Of a stretch of 64,000 nucleotides of DNA, positions 14,721 to 26,710 are shown piece by piece; position 1 is the first letter of the stretch, and each line of letters begins with the position of its first letter. This DNA is from Convolutriloba macropyga (taxonomy: Eukaryota): assembly GCF_964194025.1 (NCBI RefSeq), contig NC_134476.1, forward strand, positions 23,064,001-23,128,000, given 5' to 3'. Under the pieces are notes generated by a model. The model saw nothing but the letters and a program-made list of their open reading frames with translations, had not been told where the DNA came from and did not search any database. Position numbers and translations under genes: made by a program.

Positions 14721-15349
14721 TAAATTGATGCGATTTTCCCAAAAACACTTATTATTTTCCTAGTTTGTTTGTCGGAAGTGATAGTCTTAGTTCCATTTGT
14801 TTTCATTTTGTTTTTTTTTCTGATCTTTTTATGCTAAAATTGGTTTCTAAGTTTTTGAATTATCAAAATCTTACACGATGTTGTCTCTTGCGTTTTTATC
14901 CTTCTTCTTTCAAGTAAGAAAACAAGCTAACCTTGAAACTATTGATAATTTTCACCACTTTGTATTAAAAATTTATAAATTTCACAATTCTTCCCAGTAA
15001 GAAGCCAGCCGTTTCGAAAAAAATGTCAGATTTTTGAGGAGAATTCTAAGAGTCTTTAAAGAAGATCCCTAAAATTGGAATTTCAAGATATTCTAAATTA
15101 AGGATATTCGACAACCGATCCCATTGAATCATACAGTCGTATAGTTTTGTGCCAGCGGTTGGTTGCGTTGTTAAAGTTGTCTATATTAAGTTTTTTATAG
15201 GTTTTTTAAGTGAAACTTCTTTCAATTTCCTAATCTAAATTTATGTAAGTGTCAAAAATTAGAGAAATGTACACCATGAGCTAAACAGATTATTAAACTT
15301 TTAATGTTTTGCTTTCGGTTCACATGGCGCAGCAATAAACGTTGGCAAG

Positions 15350-15520
15350 CTAATAACTTGCCCTTAAACTGTGACAGAACACGTTATTATCTCGCGTCAT
15401 CGCTGAACAAAACAAAAAGGTCCTTAGGTTCGTCTCCATTTAGGGTATGATTCGAGAAACGTTTTTACCCTCTAAAACAACCGAGGTCTTTTTCCTTCAT
15501 CGGTTTTCGGTAGCCGTGTT
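15350..15520 (-). pseudogene. Second decayed lectin C-terminal fragment
   Basis: AACACGTTATTATCTCG...GGTTCGTCTCCAT...ATGATTCGAGAAACGTT matches 14560-14700 and 16837-16935. Confidence 0.55.
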
Positions 15521-16778
15521 CTAGCAACTAACGTTTTTACATAATTTTTATGAGAAATGATTTCATCAATTGGTGCAGAAAAATCAAAATCTTATGTTGC
15601 CTTGTTTGGTGATTTACTTCTTGATTACTAATTGAAGTTCTAAAATTGTTGAAACCTAAATGATTTGAAAAAATTTGGCATAATCATTCAGTTTTTTGGC
15701 GTTTTTTAAGTGGGAATTGCAATTGCTGCATGTTCTGTTCAGAGCTTAGCGGATTTTTTGACGAACAATTTATCTGCCCAAAAGCTGTGATTACGTTTTT
15801 ATAGTGTTTGAAAATTTAAATGGTCTGGTTGCAAAACTATCGAGCTTATGTTATATTGGTATTACATCCCGTGATAACTTTTTGACAAATTTGTCACTGC
15901 ATACCACAAAATCTGTGGAAACAAACATATTAGATTAGGCATAAATTTTAAGAACTTTAATTAAAGAAAAGACTTTTTTTAGAACAAAAAAACTCAAAAA
16001 GACCCTCACATTGCCAATTTTAGATAATTTAGACGAATTGCAATTAGCACTTGTCAAGGAGATGGCTCGTGATAGAATTCTCTAGCTGTCTATTTAACCC
16101 ATACCAGCTCAGAAGCACTCTTATGAGGCTTGGCTGCAACCATTTCCAATCTCTTGTGCAATCATGTCACAAATCAATATTAATGTTAGCGGGGTGATTT
16201 TAAAGTTGTCAAATTTTCATTACCTCGATCTTTAAAATTAATATTTAATTCGGATTTCCCCTTTCATAACACATACGGGCGACATTCCTTCTTCCCTTAT
16301 ATAGGAAAAATTATTCAAAGGTGTAGATAAAAATGTCAAAGTAGAACATTTGTACAGATCCGAGTTAGTTTTCTCTTAAATGTGCCAATTCGCACCTGTT
16401 AGCGTTACGCAATGAAACACAGAAGTTTGACTATTGGAAGCAGATAAAATTATAACGACAAAATTTGAGTTGAATTACTGTAATTGTACCTTCAGTGGCG
16501 GGTTATAACGCCTCGCAGTGGTATACTTCGCTATCGTTACAGAAGAACCATATTGTCCCTATAGTGATCAGCGAATTCAATTCAAATAATGCAAGATATG
16601 AATGTTAGCTCAAAAAATAGTTTGTGTTCAATGTGTTTAAAAAAAACTACTTTTGCTAATGCAGTTCCCTTATGTGCACACACATTATTAATGACTGAAA
16701 AGTGGGCCAATGTTAAGGTTATTTGTCAATCTTTTGATATACATGTTTCAGTTCCTCAGTCAGTTTCAAGTTTCAGTT

Positions 16779-17637
16779 TTAGGTCCAAGACTCGCATGCA
16801 AATTGAAGTTCATAATTTGCACTTAAATCATGAAAGAACACGCCATTATACCGTGCCATTGCTGACGCAAAAGGTTCCGTAGCGCCACCATTGGGTTCAT
16901 CTTCATACCAGGGGATGATTCCAGAAACGTTATTACCGTGCATATCGACCCAAGTGTTTTCCGGGATTGAGTACTTCACACCAACCCAAAATGCAGTTTC
17001 GGGGCTTAAGTTGTCCGCAACAAGTTTGAGCAGAAACTGGTCGCCTTGTCCGAAAAAAAGATGAAAGTTTTGAGAAAAAAGCACTTTGCAAAAAGTGTCT
17101 GCACCATCCCGCTTTAGTCGCTCAGAAGGCACGTAGTATATTGTTTCCGATCTTAGGCCACCAGGACATTCAATTTTGCCACCATGTCCATTTCCGATAC
17201 AATCTCGTAACAAATGAACACCGCTGTAAGGCCCGCTAATAACATGCTCATTTTCTCTCCATTCGGTCCAGTGAGCATCCGTGCGCTTTAGGTTAATTGC
17301 ACACTTTCCGGGATTATTATCATCTTGAATATTTTTGAACACTCGCTTTTCGTAACATAAAGGTTGAACAAGTTTCGACATGGCAACATACACGCAACCA
17401 ATTACGTCTTTCAAATTATCAACAGATTTGATTGTAATCGAACGATTGAAAGCAGATTCATGGAAATCTGTTGAAATGAACTCACATGTTTGACGGTTGG
17501 TGCAAAAATTGAATGATTTGCAGCGAGGCAGTTGCATGCACAGTTTTGCACAACGGATATAATGACTCGAGTCAATGCTACAAATTACCGATTCACCCAA
17601 ACGTTTTCCCTGATAAATTTCGTTGAAGAGGGTAAAC
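16779..17637 (-). CDS. PAN/apple + TSP1-like + C-type lectin domain protein (terminal exon)
   Basis: CAKLCMQLPRCKSFNFC (PAN), WTEW..R.C (TSP1-like), FWVG..W..W..EPNG..FHD..FACE (CTLD with EPN motif); probable acceptor TTTTTGAACAG| at 17638, conserved in the paralog; 5' exon not identified. Confidence 0.85.
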
Positions 17638-17883
17638 CTGTTCAAAAACAAGTCACTGAATCTACTCAACAATTCCTACATACTTTGTTTTCTGTAAAAT
17701 TTTTGTTCAATAATGAATAGTAGAAATTTTCTATTCAGATATAAAATACTAAAAAAAGCTACGTAAAACAGATTACAACCTATTCATTACACTTGTTGCT
17801 CTTCCTGTCTACTAGTGCTTTGCGAAATGTCTAATTGTCATGCAAGTTTCTAACGATAGCTGCGTCAATTTAGTTGCAAATTA

Positions 17884-18736
17884 CCCAAGCCGGATCCGAA
17901 TGGTTATCTTGCAAGATTTTGCCAGAATCTGGCAGAATCTTGCAAGACGATACATCGTCTTGCAAGAATTTCTGCCAGAATCTTGCAAGATCTTGCAAAA
18001 TAACCATTTTTTGCAAGAATCTTGCAAGATAGCCATTCGTTCTGCCAGAATCTTACAAGATAACCGTTCATTTTGCAAGAATCTTGCAAGATGGCCGTTG
18101 GCAAAAAAACTTTCTTACACTTGAAAAGACCTTACAATTGGAAAGAAAACGCTAAAACGGTTGCAATATTCGAATGCACACATATTTTGCGCATCGACAA
18201 AAAAGCGAAAGACAATTATTAAAAAACATAAGAAAAGTATTAATCTAAGCATCAAATTTTTTGGGCATTGGCAAGCAAAATTAAGCGTAAGGAGCTAAAT
18301 TAAACGAAATAAAGCTGTTTAAGATGCAAAGAATAATAACACATAATTTTTTCATCAGAAAAGGTAATATAGACGCGTAGTTTTGTAAATCTTGATAAAG
18401 TTGACGGAAAATAATTTTTGATAGTAATTTATTTTGTCTTAACAGTTCTCAAAGGCAGATTTTAATTTGTTTTCTTCAGATAATTCATATTTCCAGATTT
18501 AAAATCTATTCAAATTTATTTTTTTTCTTAAAAAACACGCAACTGATTCTTAAGTAAATTTCTGGTCGAAATTAAATGTGTTGCATGAATGAGAGCCAAT
18601 AAGAGGACAGCTCGACCGGAACGAACTTGCAAGAATCTTGCAAGATAACCATTTTTCTGCCAGATCTTGCAAGATAGGCAGTTTTTGCAAGATTCTGGCA
18701 GAATCTCGCAAGATAACCATCTGGTCTCGACTGGGG
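17884..18736. mobile_element. Non-autonomous DNA transposon, CCC...GGG termini, TA flanks, palindromic ATCTTGCAAGAT subterminal repeats (CMC/EnSpm-like)
   Basis: Left TA|CCCAAGCCG...ATGGTTATCTTGCAAGATTTTGCCAGAATC is the inverse of right GATTCTGGCAGAATCTCGCAAGATAACCAT...CTGGGG|TA; related fragments at ~7537-7625 and ~10503-10546. Confidence 0.75.
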
Positions 18737-19441
18737 TAACGCTAATTTTCTTCTAAAATTTCCCAGAAAACTTTTGTTTTTGTAATCACACTACTGTAGA
18801 AATAGAGCTATCCAGCCCCCTTCTAACCAAAAGACGTCTGGATAGCTCTATTTATCCACTACTACTTTATTAATTGAAAAACACGTAAAATACACGTTTT
18901 TCAACCAATAAGAAGTCACAATTAAACTCATTTTCAAGTGATTTTTATCAACAATTTGTATCAACTAACATTAATATTTGAAGATTCAGGAATAACAAAA
19001 ACACCGCCAACTTAATAAAAACAAACACTTGTTGGTTTAAGAAAGATAAAGTAAACAAAGTTCAAAGTAAACACATACAAAAAAGTTGCCTGATAAAAAG
19101 CAAACTGTGACGCACACATGCTAAACAATGATAACAAGCTAATATCAAAATCTAAAAATGAGTCTGAATCAATTGCGAAAAACATTTGTGTGACACATAA
19201 CAGGTCCACTCAAATTCTTCTAGAAAACTCTTGTTGCAACTATATATTATAGTACAGATAAATTTTTGTTTGATTAATAATTTCATTTCATAATTTTTAA
19301 AATTAATAAAATATTAGTACACAAGAAACACTAATCGAATTAAACAAACAGGAAAAAAAACACAAGAGAAATTAAAACAAAAGAAAACAATGGCAACATA
19401 GCAGAACTATATGATACCTTGACAAAAACACTTTTGTTTTC

Positions 19442-20620
19442 CTACGAGACAATATCAACCATCTTATTTTTTTAGCTGAAAATAATGCATGAAATCAGCA
19501 AAAACCACACAACATTTAAAACAAAGATGTATTGGTTGTGGGCCGGTATGATCTTTTTGATAACTGGTATCAAAATGATCTGTAACTTATTTTAGGTAAC
19601 CCATTATTTTCTTTATTGAGGTTTATTATATCTTTGAATGCTTCACTCTAATTATTAGTCTTCTAATTAATTTTCATTCTGTCTTCATGATAGAACTCTC
19701 CATCATTTTTTCAATAACATTCAGTAATGTTCACTAAACTAAATATGCATGCATCAATATTTACATGCAACAAGCATCAGTAAATAACTGTTGGTTTCGA
19801 GAGTGACCAACTGTTATTTACTGTTGTCTCTCCATGCCATGTTCCATACCAAGATCAAAGAATAAATTAGAACCACTGGTTAAATTCTTATAGAATGTCT
19901 TTCTTTCATAACAACCAAATATCAGAATCTATTTTCAATTAATCATTTTTTTTACAATTTTTCTCCTATCACCTCTAGAGTCTGTTGGAGGTACACGCGA
20001 AGATATTTTTTTGATTTCTATAGTTTCATAATTTACAACAGCACCAGTACCAGCGTTAGCTGTATGTAACGGTCTATCACTAGTATTTTTCTTTTAATTA
20101 AAAATTTTATCCCAGAACCAATTATAACCTTTTTTAAATCATTAACAAAACCGAAAAGATCACCCAACCTAACCACCATATGCATATGGTTACGCTCAGC
20201 ATCATGGTTGCTCTTAGTTCGACTCTTTTTTGCCTTGATCTCTAACAAAGCCATTCTGATATTTTTCATCAGTACTAGTAAGTATTTTATACACCATTAG
20301 GTTAGGTTAATACTGTTCTATTCGTTCAATGGTTATATAACTACTAGTTTCAAACATATCTCAACTAAACAATTCCATCATACCATAAATAACCCTTCTA
20401 ATATTAGCACCATTTCCAAATTTAGTTCCAGCAATATCAGTAGTAACATTGAACTTACTCTCAATATAAGATTAATGTGAATTCAAAAAGTTTTCTTCTC
20501 TAGTGAGACTGAAATTATTATTAACAGTATTTAAAGTTGCTAGATCTTTTGCTTTATATGTTATAATTTGACTCTGGTAAGTATCATTAGTATAAACAGA
20601 AATTGTATCTAAATTAACGT
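19442..20620 (-). pseudogene. Double-jelly-roll major capsid protein (Polinton-type), multiply disrupted
   Basis: Manual translation: REENFLN..SY.E, GANIRRVIYGMMELFS, RLGDLFGFVNDLKKVIIG (cf. PL..IFGF..DY.K), FDLGMEHG, EDRMKIN..EAFKDI, FDTSYQKDHTGPQPI; many stops and frameshifts. Confidence 0.65.
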
Positions 20621-20657
20621 TGATCTCTAAAAGATAAAAAAGAATAACTTTTCGAAG

Positions 20658-21380
20658 ATGACAGACAACCTAAATTAATTGGAGCTACAAAAGATCAGTA
20701 AAGAGTCATCTACAACTAAAGATGAACATACTTTTAATGCTAGAATGATAAATCAAAAAGAAATATTTATTTTAGAGCTTCTATTTTCAATACTTGACAG
20801 TTAGGGTTTATTAGATTATATGTTCAATAGAACTGAAATGAGTAAAAGAATTATTAAGTAGTAACCCACCTATACAATTAGAAAATGAATTAGGAAGAAT
20901 CACCAGCTATGCTTCAAAGTTAATTATATTAGCACCTGGTGAAAAAGAATTATCTGATGTAGCAGATACAATGAAAGAAGAGACTGACGACAATATTATA
21001 ATCGACATTAACAAGAAAACAAAAAATATAAGAAAAGGTTGGTGGTTCTGTTTACTTTGATATTGACAATTCAAACGCAGCAATACTAGGCTTTAGGAAG
21101 CGAAATTATTCAGTAGGTAAAATAAAGTTGATAAAATAGTTGATCTTAGGAAGTTTAATACACTTAATATTCACTGTATTATAATATCTGAAATTAAAAA
21201 AAGTACAGACTCTGATTTATAATACACATTCTATCGAACTGAACCACCAGGTTGAATGAAAAATTTTGCATCAACAAAACGAAGAATAGAATACATTTAA
21301 TTAAGTGTTAAAACTGGACATGAAAGATCAGTTATTTCGAATGGTAAAGTATCGAGTTTTACTCTGCACTTAATTTTTTA
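20658..21380 (+). pseudogene. Polinton-type minor capsid (penton) protein, disrupted
   Basis: Manual translation of the 3' half: ILGFRKRNYSVG..IVDLRKFNTLNIHCIII..YTF...EPPG...IEYI...NGKVSSFTLHL, matching the penton C-terminal pattern LGF..I.IHC..F...PPG..LHL. Confidence 0.65.
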
Positions 21381-21604
21381 TAATTTTAATAATAATACTT
21401 AATACAAGTTTAAGTACTAATAACAATCGTACCTATAATATTGAATAAAAAATTAATTATATTATTAAATATTTGTTGTAACAATAAGTATAAGATTAAT
21501 TTTAAAATTAATTATAAAATTGGTTACAGAGCAAAATATAAACTTTTCCCTGTTACTAGTCGTAAAATTAATTATAAAAATAACTATAGTTTTAATCATG
21601 CTCA

Positions 21605-22020
21605 TGAATTAGTCTTTTCATCCCAACTAACTCCGAATTTTCCATTATTTTTCTTATCATTAGAGGTCTATACCAATATAGTTTTGAGGTTTTTCTCCAA
21701 CATCATTATATAGATAAGCAAAATAAACTTTTTTTATTTCGCGATCATTAAAGCAATCACTATATACAGATTTTATGTTCTTTCTTCTCTGCTCAAACAA
21801 TATAAACAGATTGCATTTATCTCTAATTTTTTGTCTTTCTAATTAGAATAGATTTTGGTTAGGATATGCAGAATTACATTAATGAGGTCTACCTCTACAG
21901 AAGTACTCAAAAACAACTGGTTCTTCAACTTATGCATCACCAAATATCTCAAATTTATTTAACTCACCAGGTAATTGGTCAGATAAAGGTAAACCGTTTA
22001 TATCTTTATTAAAAATCAAT
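21605..22020 (-). pseudogene. A32/FtsK-type genome packaging ATPase, C-terminal half, disrupted
   Basis: Manual translation IFGD..EYFCRGRPH...NQ..F.L..QKIRDKCNLFILFEQ...YIGIDL..GKF...WD (Walker B, RGRH arginine finger, IR.N.N); no Walker A seen. Confidence 0.75.
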
Positions 22021-22096
22021 AGCAGCATTATCGTTAATCAAAAAACATGTGCGACATGTGTTCGCAATTTTTTGCTGTTTCTCAAAGAACATATGT

Positions 22097-22100
22097 TGTG

Positions 22101-22165
<65 letters not shown>
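22097..22165. repeat. (TG)n microsatellite within the right inverted repeat
   Basis: ~34 TG dinucleotides with one CG interruption. Confidence 0.97.
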
Positions 22166-22167
<2 letters not shown>

Positions 22168-23107
22168 ACTTGTTTTTTAACCCCAACATGTGTTTGGTTT
22201 AGTTAACTTGGTGTTGTTCTTGTTACCGCTGAATCTTCGAATAATAGAGGTAAGTGATATTCATTGTTGATACAAATCACTCGAAAATCGTGTTCTTTAT
22301 GTGTTTTTAAAATGATGAAGCAGTGGCGTATAATGTGATTTAATGTAATGTTTCTTTATTTGTTTTAGAGTGGTTGAATAGTAATTGAAATATAATTTTT
22401 ACTGGTTGAAAAACGCGTTTTTTATGTTTTTTTTAATAATACATTCGTAGTGTATAAATAGTGCTATCCAGATTTCTTTCGGTTAGGAAGTCTTTAATGC
22501 TTCAAAATCGCCCAAAAAGTTTCAGTTGAATTTAGATTCGTACTATCTATTGGCCTATGCATTTCCTCCCACTCTTTGATGATAAAACTGAAACTGAAAA
22601 ACTGTGATTAATGCACCGTGATATCATCTTGTTGAAAAATGAAAAATTATGTCCAAAAAATTTCTTTTTTTGCTTACAGATTTTTAATTAATTTCAAACA
22701 GCCTTTAGCTTCTTCCGACACTAACAGGCAATCTGGTCCACTTGACGATATCTCATCTCAAAACCTAATTGGTTGCTTTTCTCGACTCTTTTTACGTTTA
22801 CCTTGCTGTGCCAGTGGGCTCAGTTCATGCTTAAAGAGTTAAATTCTTTTAAAGAATATGTTGACATAGATGGATGGGTCTAGGAAAAGACTCCCATGGA
22901 AAAAAACGCACATAATTTTTAGATAGGATATATACCCCCAAGGAAACAAACCAAAAATCATACAAAAAATGTATCTGGTCTGATGCCCTATTGGGCCTAA
23001 TACCCCCCCCCCTTGCAACTCATGTGAGTCTCATCAGAATCAATTTCCTTCTGGAGGGTCCCGTACCACAGAGTCTTATCAATGTTTGGTACGCTGGAGG
23101 GGGATTA

Positions 23108-24293
23108 TGAACATATACTTAACGTAGTATTCAATGGTACGTTGAAGTGGGTTTTCGAATGTTAATTATTATTCCCGGTGTTAGGTGGGATGCTTTGAAT
23201 TGCTTTGTGCAAGCCGGTCTGATTAGAGCTGGGTAGGGTTGCATAACTCGTCTTGAGATGTCCATTCCAAGATTCAAGTTCGACCATCTGTAGGTTTTCA
23301 AATAAGATGAAATGTGAAAAATTGCTTAAAACCGTATTTTTTGCTATCTTAAAAATCAACAAGTAGTTTACCTTTCAGCAAGCACTGATTGCACCACTAT
23401 TACTTCAAAGAGCATAAAAATAATCCGAGTGACAAACAGTATCTGCTCCATTAATATTAGGTTAAATTTATGATTTACGTTATACAAAATAATATGAATG
23501 TGGCCTTTGATTTAAACAAGGTAAACGGTTCAAAGCTTAGAGATGATACGAGCTGATTTTTTTTTTACAAAACTGTATACCACTATTTCACTCTTTTTCT
23601 TTTGATCCAATCGATAGTCCTCAAAAAATTTGTAAAATAGTTTTCAAATACACAAAAAATTGTTCAACACTTATGTTGGAGTAATAAAATATGCATTGAC
23701 CATTCGCATATGAAACTACATTTTCCCATTAAAAAACGGGAAAAAAATGGACAACTAAAAGCATAAAAGTAACGCCTCTGATTGCTTCTGACGTCCGCAA
23801 AAAATGAATAATTTAGTATTCAATTAATTGTTTCCATTAAAATAAACCACATAACATACCTAATTTTAAAATTTTTCAAGCTCAGATTTCTTCACGATCA
23901 GTACAAAATTTCGCCCCTTTTCAAATATTCCAAAATTTCGGACCTTTTCCGTTGGCGTTCCCCATTCAAGTTCGTTATGCACCCCCCCCCCCCCCCCCCA
24001 CTCACTACAGAGCACGAGCCATTGCATAATACATCATTACGTGGGGGACTGTCCAAAAAGGACATAATTGCCACGTGGCAAATGAACAAAAACCGGAAAC
24101 CAATAGAATCTTAAATTATGTTCTTAGTCAGTCAGTTTGAGTAGCTTAGAATAGAATTCTGCGCGGAGCACCGATAGCATCATGGTAGAGAAGACAAAGC
24201 AATTCAAAGTACCCACCTAAAACCGAGAATAAAAAATAACATTCGAAACCCATTTTTAACGTACCATTGAATACTACGTTGAGTATAGGTTCA
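23108..24293. mobile_element. Non-autonomous DNA element with ~55-bp TIRs, containing a partial Merlin-like MITE (~23940-24060)
   Basis: TGAAC.TATACT.AACGTAGTATTCAATGGTACGTT...TTCGAATGTTA at 23108 is inverted at 24237-24293; no clear TSD. Confidence 0.7.
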
Positions 24294-24329
24294 AGTCTCA
24301 CTTAACGTCTCACTTAACTCAATGCTTAT

Positions 24330-24896
24330 TGTTGTGAATACAAATGTAAGCGAGCAATAAATGTGAGCGAGAAATGTGAACGAGTTTATATTTAAATTGT
24401 ATGCGTAACAAAACAAGTAACCATAGCGCAGTTAGTATAGCACTGTACTCTCAATCTAAAGACCGGTGGTTCGAGCCCCAACCATGTCAAACCTTACGAA
24501 GCAAAATCCGTATTCTAATACATGTGCCTTGAGCAACGAACCGTTTGAGAGCGGTTTTAAGCTAAACTAGCCCGATTTAGACAAAGATGACTTGGATATA
24601 AAATTATTAGAGTAACAAAACGCATTGAATGGTTTAACTTTAAGGCCAAAGCAAGGCCAAATTACGTCACACATGAACTGAATTGACCTTTATTGGTCCA
24701 CAAAAGGCTAACAGGTCCTGTCTAGCCTTTTCGCCGCCAGTGTTACTTTAGATATCTTATGTGTACGACCAAGAGGATTGTTATGTGTGATCGAATAAGC
24801 GCTTATCGTTGAAAATACGTATTGTAATCTTGAACAAAGATTGTTCTTTTTACCGTTTTCTGTAGTTCGAGTCTTAGACGTTATCTAGCTCGAATA
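24330..24896 (+). repeat. 5' LTR of BEL/Pao element (567 bp)
   Basis: Direct repeat of 35357-35936 with ~12 substitutions and ~4 indels by eye; TG...TA ends. Confidence 0.95.
24417..24489 (+). promoter_or_regulatory. tRNA-derived sequence with Pol III A and B boxes inside the LTR (second copy 35454-35526)
   Basis: A box TAGCGCAGTTAG (24424-24435), B box GGTTCGAGCCC (24468-24478), tRNA-like spacing; acceptor and anticodon stems do not pair. Confidence 0.75.
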
Positions 24897-24899
24897 TTT

Positions 24900-24917
24900 T
24901 GGTCCACCGACTGAACG
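24900..24917 (+). promoter_or_regulatory. Primer-binding site
   Basis: TGGTCCACCGACTGAACG 3 nt after the 5' LTR; TGGTCC start resembles tRNA-Tyr-type PBSs of BEL elements; cognate tRNA not confirmed. Confidence 0.7.
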
Positions 24918-24953
24918 TAATCGGGTTAAGGATTACATCGTCCGCTTTACGTC

Positions 24954-25675
24954 AACTTCTGGCGCACAGAGGCTGGGTCAGTGACCGCTATCGGAACTTT
25001 TAAGACACAGAGGCTGGGTCAGTGACTACTATTGGAACTTTTGGCGCACAGAGGCTGGGTCAGTGATTCCTATTGGAACTTTTGGCGTAAAGAGGCTGGG
25101 TCAGTGATTCCTATCGGAACTTTTGGCGCACAGAGGCTGGGTCAGTGACTACTATTGGTACTTTTGGCGCACAGAGGCTGGGTCAGTGACTACCATTGGA
25201 ACTTTTGGCGCACAGAGGCTGGGTCAGTGACTACTATTGGAACTTTGGCGCACAGAGGCTCGGTCAGTGACTACTATTGGAAATTTTGGCGCACAGAGGC
25301 TGGGTCAGTGACTACTATTGGAACTTCTGGTGCACAGAGGCTGGGTCAGTGACTACCATTGGTACTTTTGGCGCACAGAGGCTGGGTCAGTGACTACCAC
25401 TGGAACTTCTGGCACACAGAGGCTGGGTCGGTGACTACTATTGGCACTTCTGGCGCAGACAGGCTGGGTCAGTGACTACTATTGGAACCTCTAGTGCACA
25501 GCGGCTGGGTCAGTGATTACTATTGGAACTTCTGGCACACAGAGGCTGGGTCAGTGACTACTATTGGTACTTCTGGTGCACAGAGCCCGGTTGAGTGACT
25601 GCTATTGGTCTTGTGGCGAACAGAGGCTGGGTCAGTGACAGTTTTTGGTCTTCTGGCACACAGAGGATTGGTCAT
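24954..25675 (+). repeat. Tandem array, 41-bp unit x ~18, in the retrotransposon leader
   Basis: Consensus AACTTTTGGCGCACAGAGGCTGGGTCAGTGACTACTATTGG; contiguous copies, no spacers. Confidence 0.95.
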
Positions 25676-25828
25676 TCGTTTAGACAGTGTCATCTGGGGC
25701 AGGGAAGTGTTGAAAATTTGTAAGACAAAACTTTATTCTTCAAAGTAAACTCTATCTCTATTTGGTGCTTCTTATATTCACACTGGCGGCAGACCTCAAC
25801 TTAGACACAAGTAACTGAAAAAATTTTT

Positions 25829-26650
25829 GAGTGCTCAATTAGCCGAATAACTTGGGTGCTCAATTAGCCGAATAACTTGAGTGCTCAATTAGCCGAATAG
25901 CTTGGGTGCTCAATTAGCCGAATAACTTTGGGTGCTCAATTAGCCGAATAACTTTGGGTGCTCAATTAGCCGAATAACTTTGGGTGCTCAATTAGCCGAA
26001 TAACTTGGGTGCTCAATTAGCCGAATAACTTTGGGTGCTCAATTAGCCGAATAACTTTGGGTGCTGAATTATCCGAATAACTTGGGTGCTCAATTAGCCG
26101 AATAACTTTGGGTGCTCAATTAGCCGAATAACTTGGGTGCTCAATTAGCCGAATAACTTTGGGTGCTCAATTAGCCGAATAACTTTGGGTGTTCAATTAG
26201 CCGAAAATTTTTGGAGTGTTCAATTAGCCGAAAAATTTCCTAGTGTTCATTTAGCCGAAAAATTTCTAGTGTTCAATAAGCCGAAAATTTTTTTTAAGTG
26301 TTCATTTAGCCAAAAATTTCCTAGTGTTTAATTAGCCAAAAAATTCCCTAGTGTTCAATTAGCCGAAAAATTTCCTAGGGTTCATTTAGCCGAAAATTTT
26401 CCCAGTGTTCAATTAGCCGAAAAATTTCCTAGTGTTCAATTAGCCGAAAATTTTTCGAATGTTCATTTAGCCGAAAATTTCCTGGTGTTCAATTAGCCGA
26501 AAAATTTCCTAGTGTTTAATTAGCCGAAAATTTTTCGGGTGTTCATTTAGCCGAAACATTTCCTAGAGTTCAATTAGCCGAAAAGTTTTCGAGTGTTCAA
26601 TTAGCGTAAAAATCTTTGTGTGTCCATAAGGCCGAAAATTTCCTAGTGAT
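25829..26650 (+). repeat. Tandem array, 26-28-bp unit x ~30, two sub-types
   Basis: Core TCAATTAGCCGAA; GGGTGCTCAATTAGCCGAATAACTT(T) to ~26190, then AGTGTTCA(A/T)TTAGCCGAAAAATTTCCT. Confidence 0.95.
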
Positions 26651-26710
26651 TACTTAACCGAAAACAAAGTGATCATCAATAACTTTGTATGACGGCGAAA
26701 ATAAAAGCAA

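Larger units (their letters stand above)
18800..22490. mobile_element. Decayed Polinton/adintovirus-like element bounded by ~400-bp diverged inverted repeats
   Basis: 18820-19200 is the reverse complement of ~22040-22490 (CTAACC.AAAGA..TCTGGATAGC.CTATTTAT.CACTAC; CGTTTTTCAACCA; GAAGATTCAG); interior carries capsid, penton and ATPase pseudogenes. Confidence 0.7.

Noticed and set aside
17840-18124. Overlapping ILQDSCK-type ORFs
   Set aside because: Translations of palindromic subterminal repeats of a MITE
24417-24489. Functional tRNA gene (CTC anticodon position)
   Set aside because: Acceptor (GTAACCA/CATGTCA) and anticodon (CTGTA/TCTAA) stems cannot pair; kept only as a tRNA-derived promoter
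24954-26650. CRISPR-like appearance of the two leader arrays
   Set aside because: Units are contiguous with no unique spacers, no cas genes, and the context is a eukaryotic LTR element
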